Assembly (NCBI GenBank): GCA_053919585.1
Contig: CM132812.1
Direction: 5' to 3' (one strand)
DNA length: 64,000 nucleotides
From: Euprymna scolopes
Taxonomy: Eukaryota
Within the stretch, counting starts at the first letter, position 1, and each line of letters begins with the position of its first letter. Below, piece by piece: positions 23,882 through 35,725 of this stretch. Position numbers and translations under genes: made by a program. The notes beneath the pieces were generated by a model that was not told where the DNA came from, did not search any database, and saw nothing but the letters and a program-made list of their open reading frames with translations.

Positions 23882-25751
23882 TATTAAAATAAAGTGGAAA
23901 AATATTTCGTGCTGCCCTACACCTAAATAATAAAGCAAATAGTGCTCAGAGGATTTTAAAAAATACAGAGTGTATGCAGTTTATCGGCGTTTTAATGGTT
24001 TCTGGAAAAGAGCAATTGTTTTTGTGATAATTTTACTTTAGATTCTTTTAGATGTCGTAGCCACTGCTTATATTATTACCGCAGTGTAGTTTGCATACAA
24101 AAATGTATTTGCATATTTGGTTTAGTTCTAATTGGCTTTCATATTTGTCGTTAGTAGCCTCTGATCATTGTCATAAGAAAAAAATGGTTTCATTGATGCT
24201 TACGTTTGTGCAGCATTGAAAATCTTTAAAGCGCGTTTACCATTTTGACTAATGATTTCATAATCTTGTAAAATTTTATAAGTCAAGTAAGATAAAATTC
24301 TTCATCTGTGTTTATAATACACTATTTGTACCCGGTCACGCGTTGCTGTGGCTCAGTTTTTTTTTAATAGAAAACAGACAGAAAACAAAAATGACAAAAT
24401 GTATGTTCTTTTATTCTTATGTTCTCAATACTTGTGGATACACAATATTTCGAAAATGCTTAATGGTCATTGCAAACGACCGGCTAATTGGGTTTCATTT
24501 TACTATGGATATGTATATGAGCACGCACTGGAAATTTCTTAAATTAACAAAATGTAACCGAATTTTAATGTAAGTATAGTGTTTTATTATTATTACGTCG
24601 ATAGAAATAATTAAAGAAAACTGTTTAAAGAAACAACAAACGAAGTGGAAGACCGATGATTAATCAGAATAGAATAAATAAACGAGAAAAGAATGTAAAA
24701 ATGTAAACTGGATTATTATTGAAATTGACAAATAAAAGTACAATATATAGAAAATATGAATCTAATATCAAGAAAGTTACATTTTGTATTTTTCATTTAC
24801 ATGTTACACGAACCCACGCACACAAGAAACATTAGCAAAGGGGCATACGCGCAGTGAGAGAGAGGGAGATAGAGAGGGTAGAGATTACGCCATGTGCATA
24901 TATACATTATAAGGAAGAGCAGTCCCATAGCTACAAAACAAGTAATAAAGTGATTATATCGTACACAAGCACAGACGCACACAGTACTGTAATGACCTAA
25001 TCAGTAAATGGACCTTGACGCCGTGAAAAATAATATGTCTCTAAGTGACGCCATAATTTAATTTTAATAACCGTTCGTTTATAAAGGGAAGAATTGCAGT
25101 CCGGAATATACTAATTCTCAGAGCAGAGCAAATCAGAATGGATATACTTTGGCGAGGAAGCCTTTATTATCTTAAAGTCGGTAGAATCTGTAGAATGTGT
25201 AGAATTCGTCACAATGACAATTGGTAGGATTTGTAGGACTAAATAATTAGTAAGGAGAAACGAACTCCTTCCTCCATAGATATTGCGATTGTGCTGGTGT
25301 TGCTCTTACGGTGCAAGGTAGTATTGAAATATCACGATTAAATATATTCAAAATTGTTTTCGGAAGCTACATAAGATAGTAGTCATTAGCCTAGCAGTAG
25401 TGTATTTGTACGTGGCATTTGTTGTGGCAAACCTACGATATTATGTCCAGCGGAGAATTTCTGTACGCATTTTATTATATGTATAGATTACGTAATGATT
25501 GTATTCCTTATTAACGAAGTCTGTGTTAACAATGATTTTATATTAAGATATACTACGCCAGAGGTCTGGCGATTGCTGACAGCAAATCACTGTCTCACGA
25601 ATCATTTCCACTTCGTGTTTGCCTTCAGTGTACTATACAGACATTCTCCTCTTCCGTTCACATTCAGAGACGAGATTAGCTTTCGTTCCTCTCGTTTGTC
25701 ATGGCGGGTTTCATGTTCTACGCTCATTAGTAATCCTCTCCCTCCTAAGAA

Positions 25752-25886
25752 CTGCTCACACATTTTTCAAGGATCAACTCAGTAACTGGTTTGCAGAGTA
25801 TTTTTCAACTGTATATTAACTGCTCACACATTTTTCAAGGATCAACTCAGTAACTGGTTTGCAGAGTATTTTTCAACTATATATTA
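25752..25886. repeat. Near-perfect 67-bp tandem duplication
   Basis: actgctcacacatttttcaaggatcaactcagtaactggtttgcagagtatttttcaact(g/a)tatatta twice. Confidence 0.95.
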
Positions 25887-26329
25887 AAAAACTCGTAACA
25901 TGCTTAGATGCATACAATCTAGCTGCCTTTTAGCGTATACGTATGAACTATTGTCTTTATACAGACCTTGAAGAATTTTGTTTAGATGCACATGCATATT
26001 GGAGACCTCCACACACGATCCAATGCAAACAAATAAAGGCTATTTCTGTGCAATACGTACATTAGTATAATGTACCTTGTAAGTTATCCTTAGAGTCTGA
26101 TTAAAAAAATAAAAGATACTTAAAATTATGTATCCTTTCGTACAAAACTATACTCTATATCGTGCATTTATTTTGCAATAACAATGATTTAGCTAATCGA
26201 AAACTTCAACCCATTTTGTTTCAAATCCGTATATATTTAGCCATATAATTTCACATTGTGTATCGTTTTATTGCAGATCAATTTTTATTTTTACTTTAAC
26301 ATTTCTATGAAACGCAGAGAAGTGAAAGT

Positions 26330-26912
26330 ATTTACACCGGAAGAGCATAACAAAGTGCCGGATTCCCCGTACTTTTTGTGGAATGTGAACAAATATTTTA
26401 ATAAAGATGCTAATTTTTCAATTTTCTGGTAATTTTAAGTGTGTTTCACTTTATTGTAGGTCTCCCAGAATTCACAGAAATAGTCTATTGATAATTATTG
26501 AAAGAAACGTGTTGTTGCAGGCCTTGCAGGAGGTTTATATTTCGTTTATCTAGCAAAGGAGCTTGGCAGAGATCGAATAACATTGTCTTCATTCGTCAAA
26601 AATCCAAACATCAAACCGAGGAAGGGCAAAAACACAAGAATGTCAGTTTCTGCTCGTGACGTTAAAAAATCGTTATCAACTTATCAGGCGGCCGGACAGC
26701 AATAGTGCTGCTATATTTGACAAGACTGGAATACCTTCCTTATCCAGAAAGACACGCTGCAATGTCTTAAACCAAACTTTAAAAAGCATTAAGCCTTTAG
26801 AAATGTCTCTTCTAAACCAAACTCATGTTGAAAATATTTGGCTTGGATTCAAAAATACATGAGAAAAAAGTTTGAAAATATTCTTTTGACCGATAAAGTA
26901 AGACACGCCCTT
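26330..26912 (+). mobile_element. Tc1-like transposase remnant (N-terminal half)
   Basis: LAKELGRDRITL, RRPDSNSAAIF..SRKTRCNVL, LLNQTH..LAWIQKYMRKKFENILLTDKVR (cf. PL..KHK..RL.WA..YMK.DF..VLFTDE). Confidence 0.75.
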
Positions 26913-26956
26913 GTGTTAAGAGAAATTGCTATACCCCCTCCTCTTTATTTGCAATG

Positions 26957-26996
<40 letters not shown>

Positions 26997-27279
26997 TTAA
27001 TCAAGCAGACAACCCCCCCACACTCTCATATCACAATCAGTCGTAGTGAAAGCGAGACCAGATGGGATTACCCAGTTTTCCGTGCTGTTATGGCAACAGT
27101 ATATCGAGATGACACACCCCTACCCCAGCCTTGAGCGGATGTCATTGATACAACATCCCCATCCCCAACCGGTCTGGAAGCAAAGAAAAAGCGGGAAATT
27201 TAAGCAGTCGGACTGAGAGCGCAGACGCTATCACACGCGTGGAGATTCTTTTCTTCAACCTATAGACACCGCGGCCCAG

Positions 27280-27455
27280 GTCGCATGGTGAAAAACACCA
27301 GTCGACTCACATCGCGCCGATAAGAAAACAATGGATATACCTTGCCACGAGATAGTTGGAATGAGATCGCACGGTGAAGAAAAAAAAACCCAGTCGACTC
27401 ACATCGCGCCGATAAGGAGACAAGGGTCATACCTTGGCACGTAACGGTTGGAATT
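27280..27455. repeat. Two ~85-bp direct repeats within a GC-richer, possibly LTR-like block (27000-28270)
   Basis: ccagtcgactcacatcgcgccgataag...ataccttg(c/g)cacg...gttggaat occurs twice. Confidence 0.85.
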
Positions 27456-29589
27456 TAAAAGTCAGTCATGAGAATTGCTTATCAACAAACAAAAGGGAAA
27501 GAAAAACGAAAAGCAAGAAACGAATATCAATGAAACTTCACGCCGTCGGAATACGGACAAGCAACCCCGGAAAAAGGAAAGATAAGTACACTTTTCAAAT
27601 TGTCCAACTCCCATCTAATAGCTAACTAAGTTGAACTAGTATGTGCCTCATATAAAAAGAAAGAGATAAAGAAGCAACTCTCTAAATAATTCTCCCCATC
27701 ACTGGACCCTCCCTTTGGCCGGCCCATGAACAATCTATTATTGACTCCTAGAAAAAAAGTAGTGAAAAGAGGCAATCTTTATTTTGTTGAAACTTCTCAT
27801 TATAATGCCCCCCGGAACATTACTTACGCACCTCATTGATTTCCATTTGAAAGGAAAAGGAAGGAAAAGAGAATAAGAGACGATATTCTTTGAACAATTA
27901 TAAGTATCATATATTCCCCCCTTTCTTTATCCCATAACATTGTCTGCGTGATTTTTTTTGTTTGAATTATTATCTTGTTACCCTGTTTTGTTTTCCATTA
28001 TTTTCTCTCCAGCCTTGTTCTATAAATAAATTGTCGTGTTTATAACACTTATATAAATGTCGTCGTATTCCTCATCATTTTTTCGTTGCCTTGCATTTGT
28101 TAACGTGAATGTCAGCGAAGTATTCCACGACGATATCAGTGATCCGAACTTGGGCAGGTGCTATCTCGGCTGAATAACTTTCAGCTGGCACCCTATATTA
28201 ATTTTTTCAAGACGTGCTCTCGGTGTTGGAATCTTCTTATGAGATGCCTACCCGAGGGTACCGTCACACTTGATATATCCGGATGGCGAGAGGAATAGTG
28301 CTCTCAGAGATAGTGTATTGATCACTTGTAGTTTGAATGCTGTTCTATTTTCAGGAATATTTGGTTATATTTTGCTAGCTCTTAATGAACCCGCCATATG
28401 AAAAAGTTTAATGCAAGATTACATTTCATATGTGATCAACAGACAGAAACAAATTGCTTTATTATGAAATAGATAACCATCAAGTACATTTCAAATCTAA
28501 AGATTTATACAATTATTGTTTAAATATTGATTTCATTTATTATCAGATTTAAAAATAATTCCAACGTGATAAGGAACGTACACATAAGACAACAAACTGT
28601 TTTTAAACAACTTAATGTTCAAATTAATAAATTATCATCATAACTTATAATTGCCTTCTATTCTTCAAATTACATTGTTATAATTGTAAGTTCCTATACG
28701 TTCGATGCAATAATATATGTGTGTACGTGTGCATTTTCTCTCATTTTAGCTATCCTTTAGTAAATTCCAGTATTTAATGACTATTAAAAAAAAACCCTGA
28801 AAAATAAACATTTCATCCATAACTGTAGTCCAAATATATTACATGTTAATATTTGTAAAATTAAGAAAATCCTGATAAAATCCTGAAAGAAGATAAAGAA
28901 ACATTAAGAAATGTTTAATAAATATTTATGTAAATAAGTCAATCATTGTTCTGTTAGGGTCGTTAATTTTTGCTGCAGATGTAGTCTTACTAAATGAATT
29001 GTTGTTTTATATAGCTATTTTGTTCAGTACTTTTTAGAGTTACGAANNNNNNNNNNNNNNNNNNNNNNNNNNNNNNNNNNNNNNNNNNNNNNNNNNNNNN
29101 NNNNNNNNNNNNNNNNNNNNNNNNNNNNNNNNNNNNNNNNNNNNNNNNNNNNNNNNNNNNNNNNNNNNNNNNNNNNNNNNNAATGACAAAAATTATATTC
29201 CAAAATTCATGATGCCGACCATCATATAATTTATTCAAAATAGCGTAATGGAAACATATTAAAGGTATATGCAGCTTCTCTTCCAATTTTCAGATTTTAA
29301 TCATGTCAAATCAAACTTCATTTTCATTCTGACGGATGAATTGTGGCTATTTCTTCTGATAAGTTAAGGGCATAATAGATTCACTGATTGATATAATAAT
29401 TAAGTGATTGAGTTTGCGCTACGAAAAAGATACTGTCAATAATTGTAAAAGTCAACTGAATTAAAGGAAACAATTTAAAGATAGTCAACATTATAAATTT
29501 TGAAATATAGTATTTTGTCATTTACTTTCAATATTGCTCCGTAATTACATTGGTATATATTATAAGAAAATATATTTCTCCAGAAATAT

Positions 29590-29888
29590 ATATATAAAAC
29601 CAGGCTCCTGCAGTCTTACACAGACTATGGATACTCACGAAGGGTTGCTTGCGCGTGAAATTTTTTGTGGCGGAAGGAGCGCAATATCCAATCGAAACTG
29701 AGACGACATTGTTAAATACCAATGGCAAGTGAAGTACATGACGATTGGAAACAAATGCCGAGATAAGCGGACACCACATACAGCGCCTAGAGTTCCCAAA
29801 TTATCACCCAACTGGTACTAACCAGGCTCAACGTTGCTTAATTTCGGTGATCTGACGAAAACCGGTGTGTCAACGCGATTATGCCGTA
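29590..29888 (-). mobile_element. 5S rRNA-derived SINE (SINE3-type), copy 2; 5S-like head ~29777-29888
   Basis: Minus strand tacggcataatcgcgttgacacaccggttttcgtcagatcaccgaaattaagcaacgttgagcctggttagtaccagttgggtgataatttgggaactctaggcgctgta spans a full 5S-like sequence, then tccgcttatctcggcatt..gtttcca body as in copy 1. Confidence 0.88.
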
Positions 29889-29889
29889 T

Positions 29890-29966
<77 letters not shown>

Positions 29967-29967
<1 letters not shown>

Positions 29968-30385
29968 TAGCCTGGGAGCGGGTCGTTGCCCGGGTGTTTG
30001 GAGGTTTATGTTAAGCAAAAAAAAATTTTTTTTTTTTAATTTTGACTCCTATTATGACCCCTTAACATTTATTATTTTGGGCTCAAATCAAGTTATTAAG
30101 TTAGATCCATAATTTCAAGTGTTTAGACCCAAAATTGGCAGAGGAGTTTGGTAGAGTTCTCAAAGGTCAAATCGTTGAACTTTGACCCTTTAACAACCAA
30201 ATTCCTGCCCGAAAACCGATTACAAAGATTTTCCCAAATCTCAATCCACTGTATATCAAATTTCGAGTCTGTAGACTTAAAATTGACAGAGATATTGTGT
30301 AGGGAAATGTACACAGACAGACAGACAGACAGACAGACACACACACACACACACATAGACACTTTCACTTTTATAGATATATAGA
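29967..30385 (-). mobile_element. Non-autonomous Helitron with (GT)n/(GTCT)n microsatellite near its 5' end
   Basis: Minus strand A|TCTATATATCTATAAAAGTG ... cctccaaacacccgggcaacgacccgctcccaggCTAG|T. Confidence 0.88.
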
Positions 30386-30919
30386 TTCACTAAAAAGTCA
30401 ACTTAGTCTTAAGAGCATAAAAATTTAGATAAACGCAGTAAAAAAAGACATAGTGACACGGAATAAGAGGAATAAAGTAGCAACCCTAGTTAAAGTCAGT
30501 GTCTCTAATGATGTTGGTTTAAACAAAGCAGGGAGTAAGAAGATAGTGAAATTCAAAGGTCTTACATACTACATGAAAAGAAACTGGGATCTTAAGAAGG
30601 CCTCGATCATTCCAGTAATTATAGAATTTTAAAAACAACCTGGAGTACATACTCGGTGGACCAAGTGCAATAGAGATATGCACGATTGCGTTTAAAGGAA
30701 CGGTTGGAATCGTAAAAAGATCTATCAGTTGGAGTTTCTGAAATAGCGAGTTGAATATCTGGCATCTGGTAGGATGCCTCGTCCCCAGCAAAAACAAAAA
30801 AGTTACGAAAATAGAAAAAAAAAAGTTTCTAATTCATTCATTTGATGATAAAAATAAATTTGAAGGAAATTTTAAAAAAATGAAAGAAACGAAGGAATTT
30901 TTATAAATTTTTTTGTTTG

Positions 30920-30960
<41 letters not shown>

Positions 30961-31210
30961 TGTGTGTGTGAAAATAATAGTGTCATTCAGAAAGTTCCGC
31001 GAGCAGAATATGACTCAAGTATTGGCGCTTTCTTATTACTAATTCATATTTTAATGAATGCAAATTAAAATTCCATTAAAATTTCATTAAAATCGAAAAT
31101 TAAAGAATCGTTACTTACTTGTAGCAGTGATGTCATACACGAACTGAAAAGAGAAAATAAAACATTAAAATCTGACTTCAGTTTATTTTAGATAAATTGC
31201 TATTATTTGG

Positions 31211-31282
<72 letters not shown>

Positions 31283-31287
<5 letters not shown>

Positions 31288-31560
31288 AAAGGAGTTAGAA
31301 TTGAATTGTGAACATAGAGGACAGCAGGTTATATTTCTGGATTTAGATGTTCGTATGCCGTATAAAGATAATACTTGCCCTGCTTTTTATGTTTTATGGA
31401 ACCATTATGTCAGAGTTTTTTAGAATAGCTCGCGTTACTTTAAAATTAAAATATTTAAACAGTTAAATAAAGCATTTGTTCGTTTTCCTGGTGCTTTTGA
31501 ATCGTATAAAATTAACCAGAATATATTAATAAAGGAAATCCAGAACTTTATTAGTAATGT
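31283..31560 (+). mobile_element. Penelope-like element reverse transcriptase fragment (internally deleted)
   Basis: YPKELELNCEHRGQQVIFLDLDV..RMPYKDN..FYGTIMSEFFRIARVTLKL matches the PLE RT thumb region (YP.ELEL...FLDL...RMP..S.IP...YG...SE..RIAR). Confidence 0.8.
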
Positions 31561-31714
31561 ATAAAATGTATTATATGAAATAATGAAAAAAGAACAGTGT
31601 ATATATTATAAATATTTTTAACCTTTACATATTTTTAATTTTCAATAAATAAGAATGCAAATATACAAAATACTAATCATAATGGGGGTGATAAGTAGCC
31701 AAACGGATTAATCC

Positions 31715-31745
<31 letters not shown>

Positions 31746-34297
31746 GGCATCACCACGTTATCAAGGCCCAGAGGCCACTCAAGGATAAGGGTTAAAGAGT
31801 GTACAGTAGAAGTTGGTCAATATAGTAATCATTAGTAATGAAAATTTGGTAAATTTAATAACTTATATGGAACGGCTCATCAAGAACTTATTTACCTTAG
31901 ACTTGAACACAACCATATTGTAGTCAGCCGGAAAGCAGGAAAACGGAAGACAATTCCACAGGCGTGCAGTTCTAATAAAGAAGCTTTGTTCATGGAATCT
32001 ATGTTTAGGTTTAGGCACAGGTAAAGAGGTGGGGAAATTATTGATAGTGTGTACAGCTAGACGAGTGTTTCTTGTGAAAGTTTGGCGAGGGGGGACCATA
32101 GATTGAATCTCAGTTGAACACTTTCCATGAAAATAACGATACATCAGAGACAAACTCGCAACATCTCTTCTGTGAGATAGAGGTTGTAAGGAGGAGAAAA
32201 GGACATCTCCTACGAGGCTACGAAGTCTATTTTGAACTCTATCAAGGCAGGACAAGTCCTTTCTAGCAGCTCCTTCCCAGATGTGGCAACAGTATTCCAT
32301 CCTTGGACTTACCTGGCTCTTATATAGATAGAGAATAGCATCAGCAGTGAGATATCTACTGGATCGATAGAAAGATCCCACCATTTTTCCAGCGGCCTTG
32401 GCAACAGATTTGATATACGTGTTCCATTTAAGATCAGGAGTAATGGTCAAGCCCAGAAGCTTGTCAAAACTTGAGGCCTCCTGAAGACGAGAGCCATTCA
32501 TTTCAATTGATGACAAATGTGGATTAAAATGTTGATGATGTAAAGAGAGAAGCTTGGTTTTAGATGCATTAAAAGTAACCAGCCACTCCTTTCCCCATTG
32601 TACTACATGCTCAAGATCAGAGGAGAGAGAATTGGAGAGTACTTGCTCGTTTACTGTCTTAGATGTGGTACCATAAATGGTAGTGTCGTCAGCATAAATG
32701 TCTACAAATGATGTAAGGATATGATTTGGAAGATCATTAATGTAGATCAGGAAAAGAGTTGGGCCCAGGATGGATCCCTGAGGGACACCGGCATTAATAC
32801 TGTGAGCTTCTGATTTTTGCCCCTTAACTATTACTCTTATGAACCTATCAGAAAGAAATGATTTAATAATTGAGAAGACTTTTCCAGCTATACCATAGCT
32901 AGCGATCTTATGAAGTAAACCTTTATGCCATACCCTATCAAAGGCTTTAGATATGTCAAGAGCAATTGCCCTAGAAAGATTGCCACCGTCGAGAAATTTG
33001 CTAATCCTATGCGATATAACTGTAAGGGCATCTGCTGTAGATCTAGCAGAACGGAAACCATATTGAGTGTCACTAAGAAGGTTATTTTTGTTGAGATGTT
33101 TGATTACTTCTGTATTTAACACAGATTCTAGCAACTTACTCATGACGCACAGGAGACTTATTGGCCTGTACTGAGAGGGGGATGAGCGATCACCTGAATT
33201 CTTAAATACAGGGCATACTGATGAGATTTTCCAGGGAGATGGGAAACTATTCGCCTTAAGACAACGTTTAAACAGTTTTGTAAGTATGGGCGCTAGTTCA
33301 GGTTGAAGTTTTTGAGTACTATAATTGGAATACCATCAGGGCCAGTTGCTTTACTGGAATCAAGGTTTTTGATTAGCTTGGCAACATCACGTACAGATAT
33401 ACGTATATCACATAGCGTGTTTTCTGATACAGGAGGAAATATTGGGGGTTGGCGGTCTTGGTCGCAAAGGGTAGAATTAGCTGCAAAGTTCTTGACAAAG
33501 AGTTTGGCTTTGTCTGATGCTGACGAGATTACCTCAGGACCATTAATAATAGTTGGGATGGAGCACACGCTTCTGTTCAGGATTCTGTTTGCTATTTGCC
33601 AAAACTGGTGGGAACCAAGCCGCTGCTCAGCTACTTTGGACTTAACAGATTGAGCATACAACTCTCTTGCGTTCCTTATTACTTTCTTACAATGGTTGCT
33701 GGCAGTCCTGAAAACGGCTTTAGTTTCCATACATCTATTACGTTTGAAGCAGTGGAAAAAGTGATTTCTGTGCGCAATGGCAGCAGCACATTCTGGAGAG
33801 AACCATGGCTGGCTGTTAGGTTTTTGCTGAAACTTTTTAGAGGGTATGAAATGGTCAATACCTACAATTAACCATTCAGTTAGGTCTATTACTATAGAGG
33901 ACACATCCTTTTTAAACATGGAATGCAGAGGTAGATCAGATATAAATGTACGGAAGCTATCCCAGTCAGCCTTAGTGTATCGATATACTGTACGATGAAG
34001 TGGTACGTCTGGGGACTTATTACATTTCATTTTTATCTTAATTGATACAACAGAGTGGTCGGAAGATCCAAGAGGCGACAGAACAGAAACTGAACATAGT
34101 TCAGGGCAAGTTGTGAGAAAAAGGTCTAGTAGGCTCGCATACTGGCCGTCATTATCTGGCACACGGGTAGGTTCCTGAACAATCTGAGTGAGGTCATAGG
34201 CAATGGAGAAATCATGACAGAACCTCCCCTCATCATCGGTCTTGTTTGAGTGGGTCAACCATTCGACGTTGTGAACATTGAAGTCTCCACATACAAA
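31715..34297 (-). mobile_element. 5'-truncated CR1-group LINE with poly(A) tail; relatively young (apparently one frameshift near 33295)
   Basis: ORFs 33293-34258 (APE C-terminus SDH, linker) and 31863-33143 (QYGFR, LDISKAFDRVWH, GVPQGSILGP, YADDTT); poly-T at 31715-31740. Confidence 0.96.
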
Positions 34298-34928
34298 ACT
34301 GGTAAATTAAAAAATATATCCATTTTTATTTGGAAACAGATGAATCTCACAGATAAGGAATTCATTTTTATAACATGAATAGGTAGCTTAATTAATTAAG
34401 AAAAGGAAACTAGATCTAATATCTGTAACATTGTTTTTATTCTTAAGGTTAAGGGAGGTGCTGTTTGATCAACACTGCTGGCGGGCCATGATTTAATATA
34501 CTGTTTTGTTTTTAAATCCCCGGAACAGTGTTTCATGGTAAACAGCTAATGATCCCTTAAATTAACATTAGGACTATAGTGATTTCGACAGAGAAAGTTG
34601 ATGCATTGATTTCAGGGGATTAAATGACTGACTGATTAAATAGTTTTCTAATGAATGATAAAAAAATATAAAAATTAAATAATTTTTTATATAGTTTTAA
34701 AGGTTACAAAACTTCCAAGAATTTTTTTTTTTAATTACATTTTCACCCCAAACAAGGCACATTGCCACTTTGGCGTAGGGGGCTACTATCAGGGGAAACA
34801 ACTACTGGGGTACTATGTAGGGATTTGGGCAGCTAGATGTTGATTCACGTTGCACTTGAACTTCTGCATGTCAGTACAGTTGGGGAAGCAGTGACCTGAA
34901 ATGGAATTCCAAATCTAGCGGTTCTGGA

Positions 34929-34988
<60 letters not shown>

Positions 34989-35725
34989 CATTAATATATT
35001 TAATCAAAAATTTTATTATATTTAAATATATCAAATTTCATGGCAAACGGAAAATAATTAAACAAAAAAAAACTTCAAAGAAAGGTGTGTAGGTAGGTTT
35101 AACTACTTGATCACTTAAATGGGGATTCAAAATGAGTTTTATTTATGTACATTGTATTTCACCGTCTGAAGAGAGGCCGTTTTGGGGGAATATTTTCGAA
35201 TGACATACTGTTTAAAACTGTCCGAATGGTCACGAAAATTGTAATGAATATGAAAATACACAACTTGATGCTCTCATTTTTATTNNNNNNNNNNNNNNNN
35301 NNNNNNNNNNNNNNNNNNNNNNNNNNNNNNNNNNNNNNNNNNNNNNNNNNNNNNNNNNNNNNNNNNNNNNNNNNNNNNNNNNNNNNNNNNNNNNNNNNNN
35401 NNNNNNNNNNNNCTTCGCACGGAGCTTTGTTGCGCACTCGGGTAACAAAATCTGTGGGCACCTTTCCAGTAAGTTGATGTTGTAAGAGCAACGATTGCAT
35501 AAGGTGATTAACATTTTAACTACCTCTTGTAGTGACTGAAATTCAATCAGGAACTTCACAAAACATTTTCATCAAAAAGGAAGGTTACTTGATGTTACAT
35601 AGTAAATTTTTCATTGAAGTCATTTTCAACTCTTGCTTAAATTTTATCTTGCACATTCAATACTAAAAACTTACCACAATCAGATCATGTCAGTTTTTCC
35701 TCATATCCATTTCTCGAACTTTTCA

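Noticed and set aside
29777-29888. Functional 5S rRNA gene
   Set aside because: It has substitutions and indels relative to 5S, lacks an oligo-T terminator and is fused to a body shared with a second dispersed copy; better explained as a SINE.
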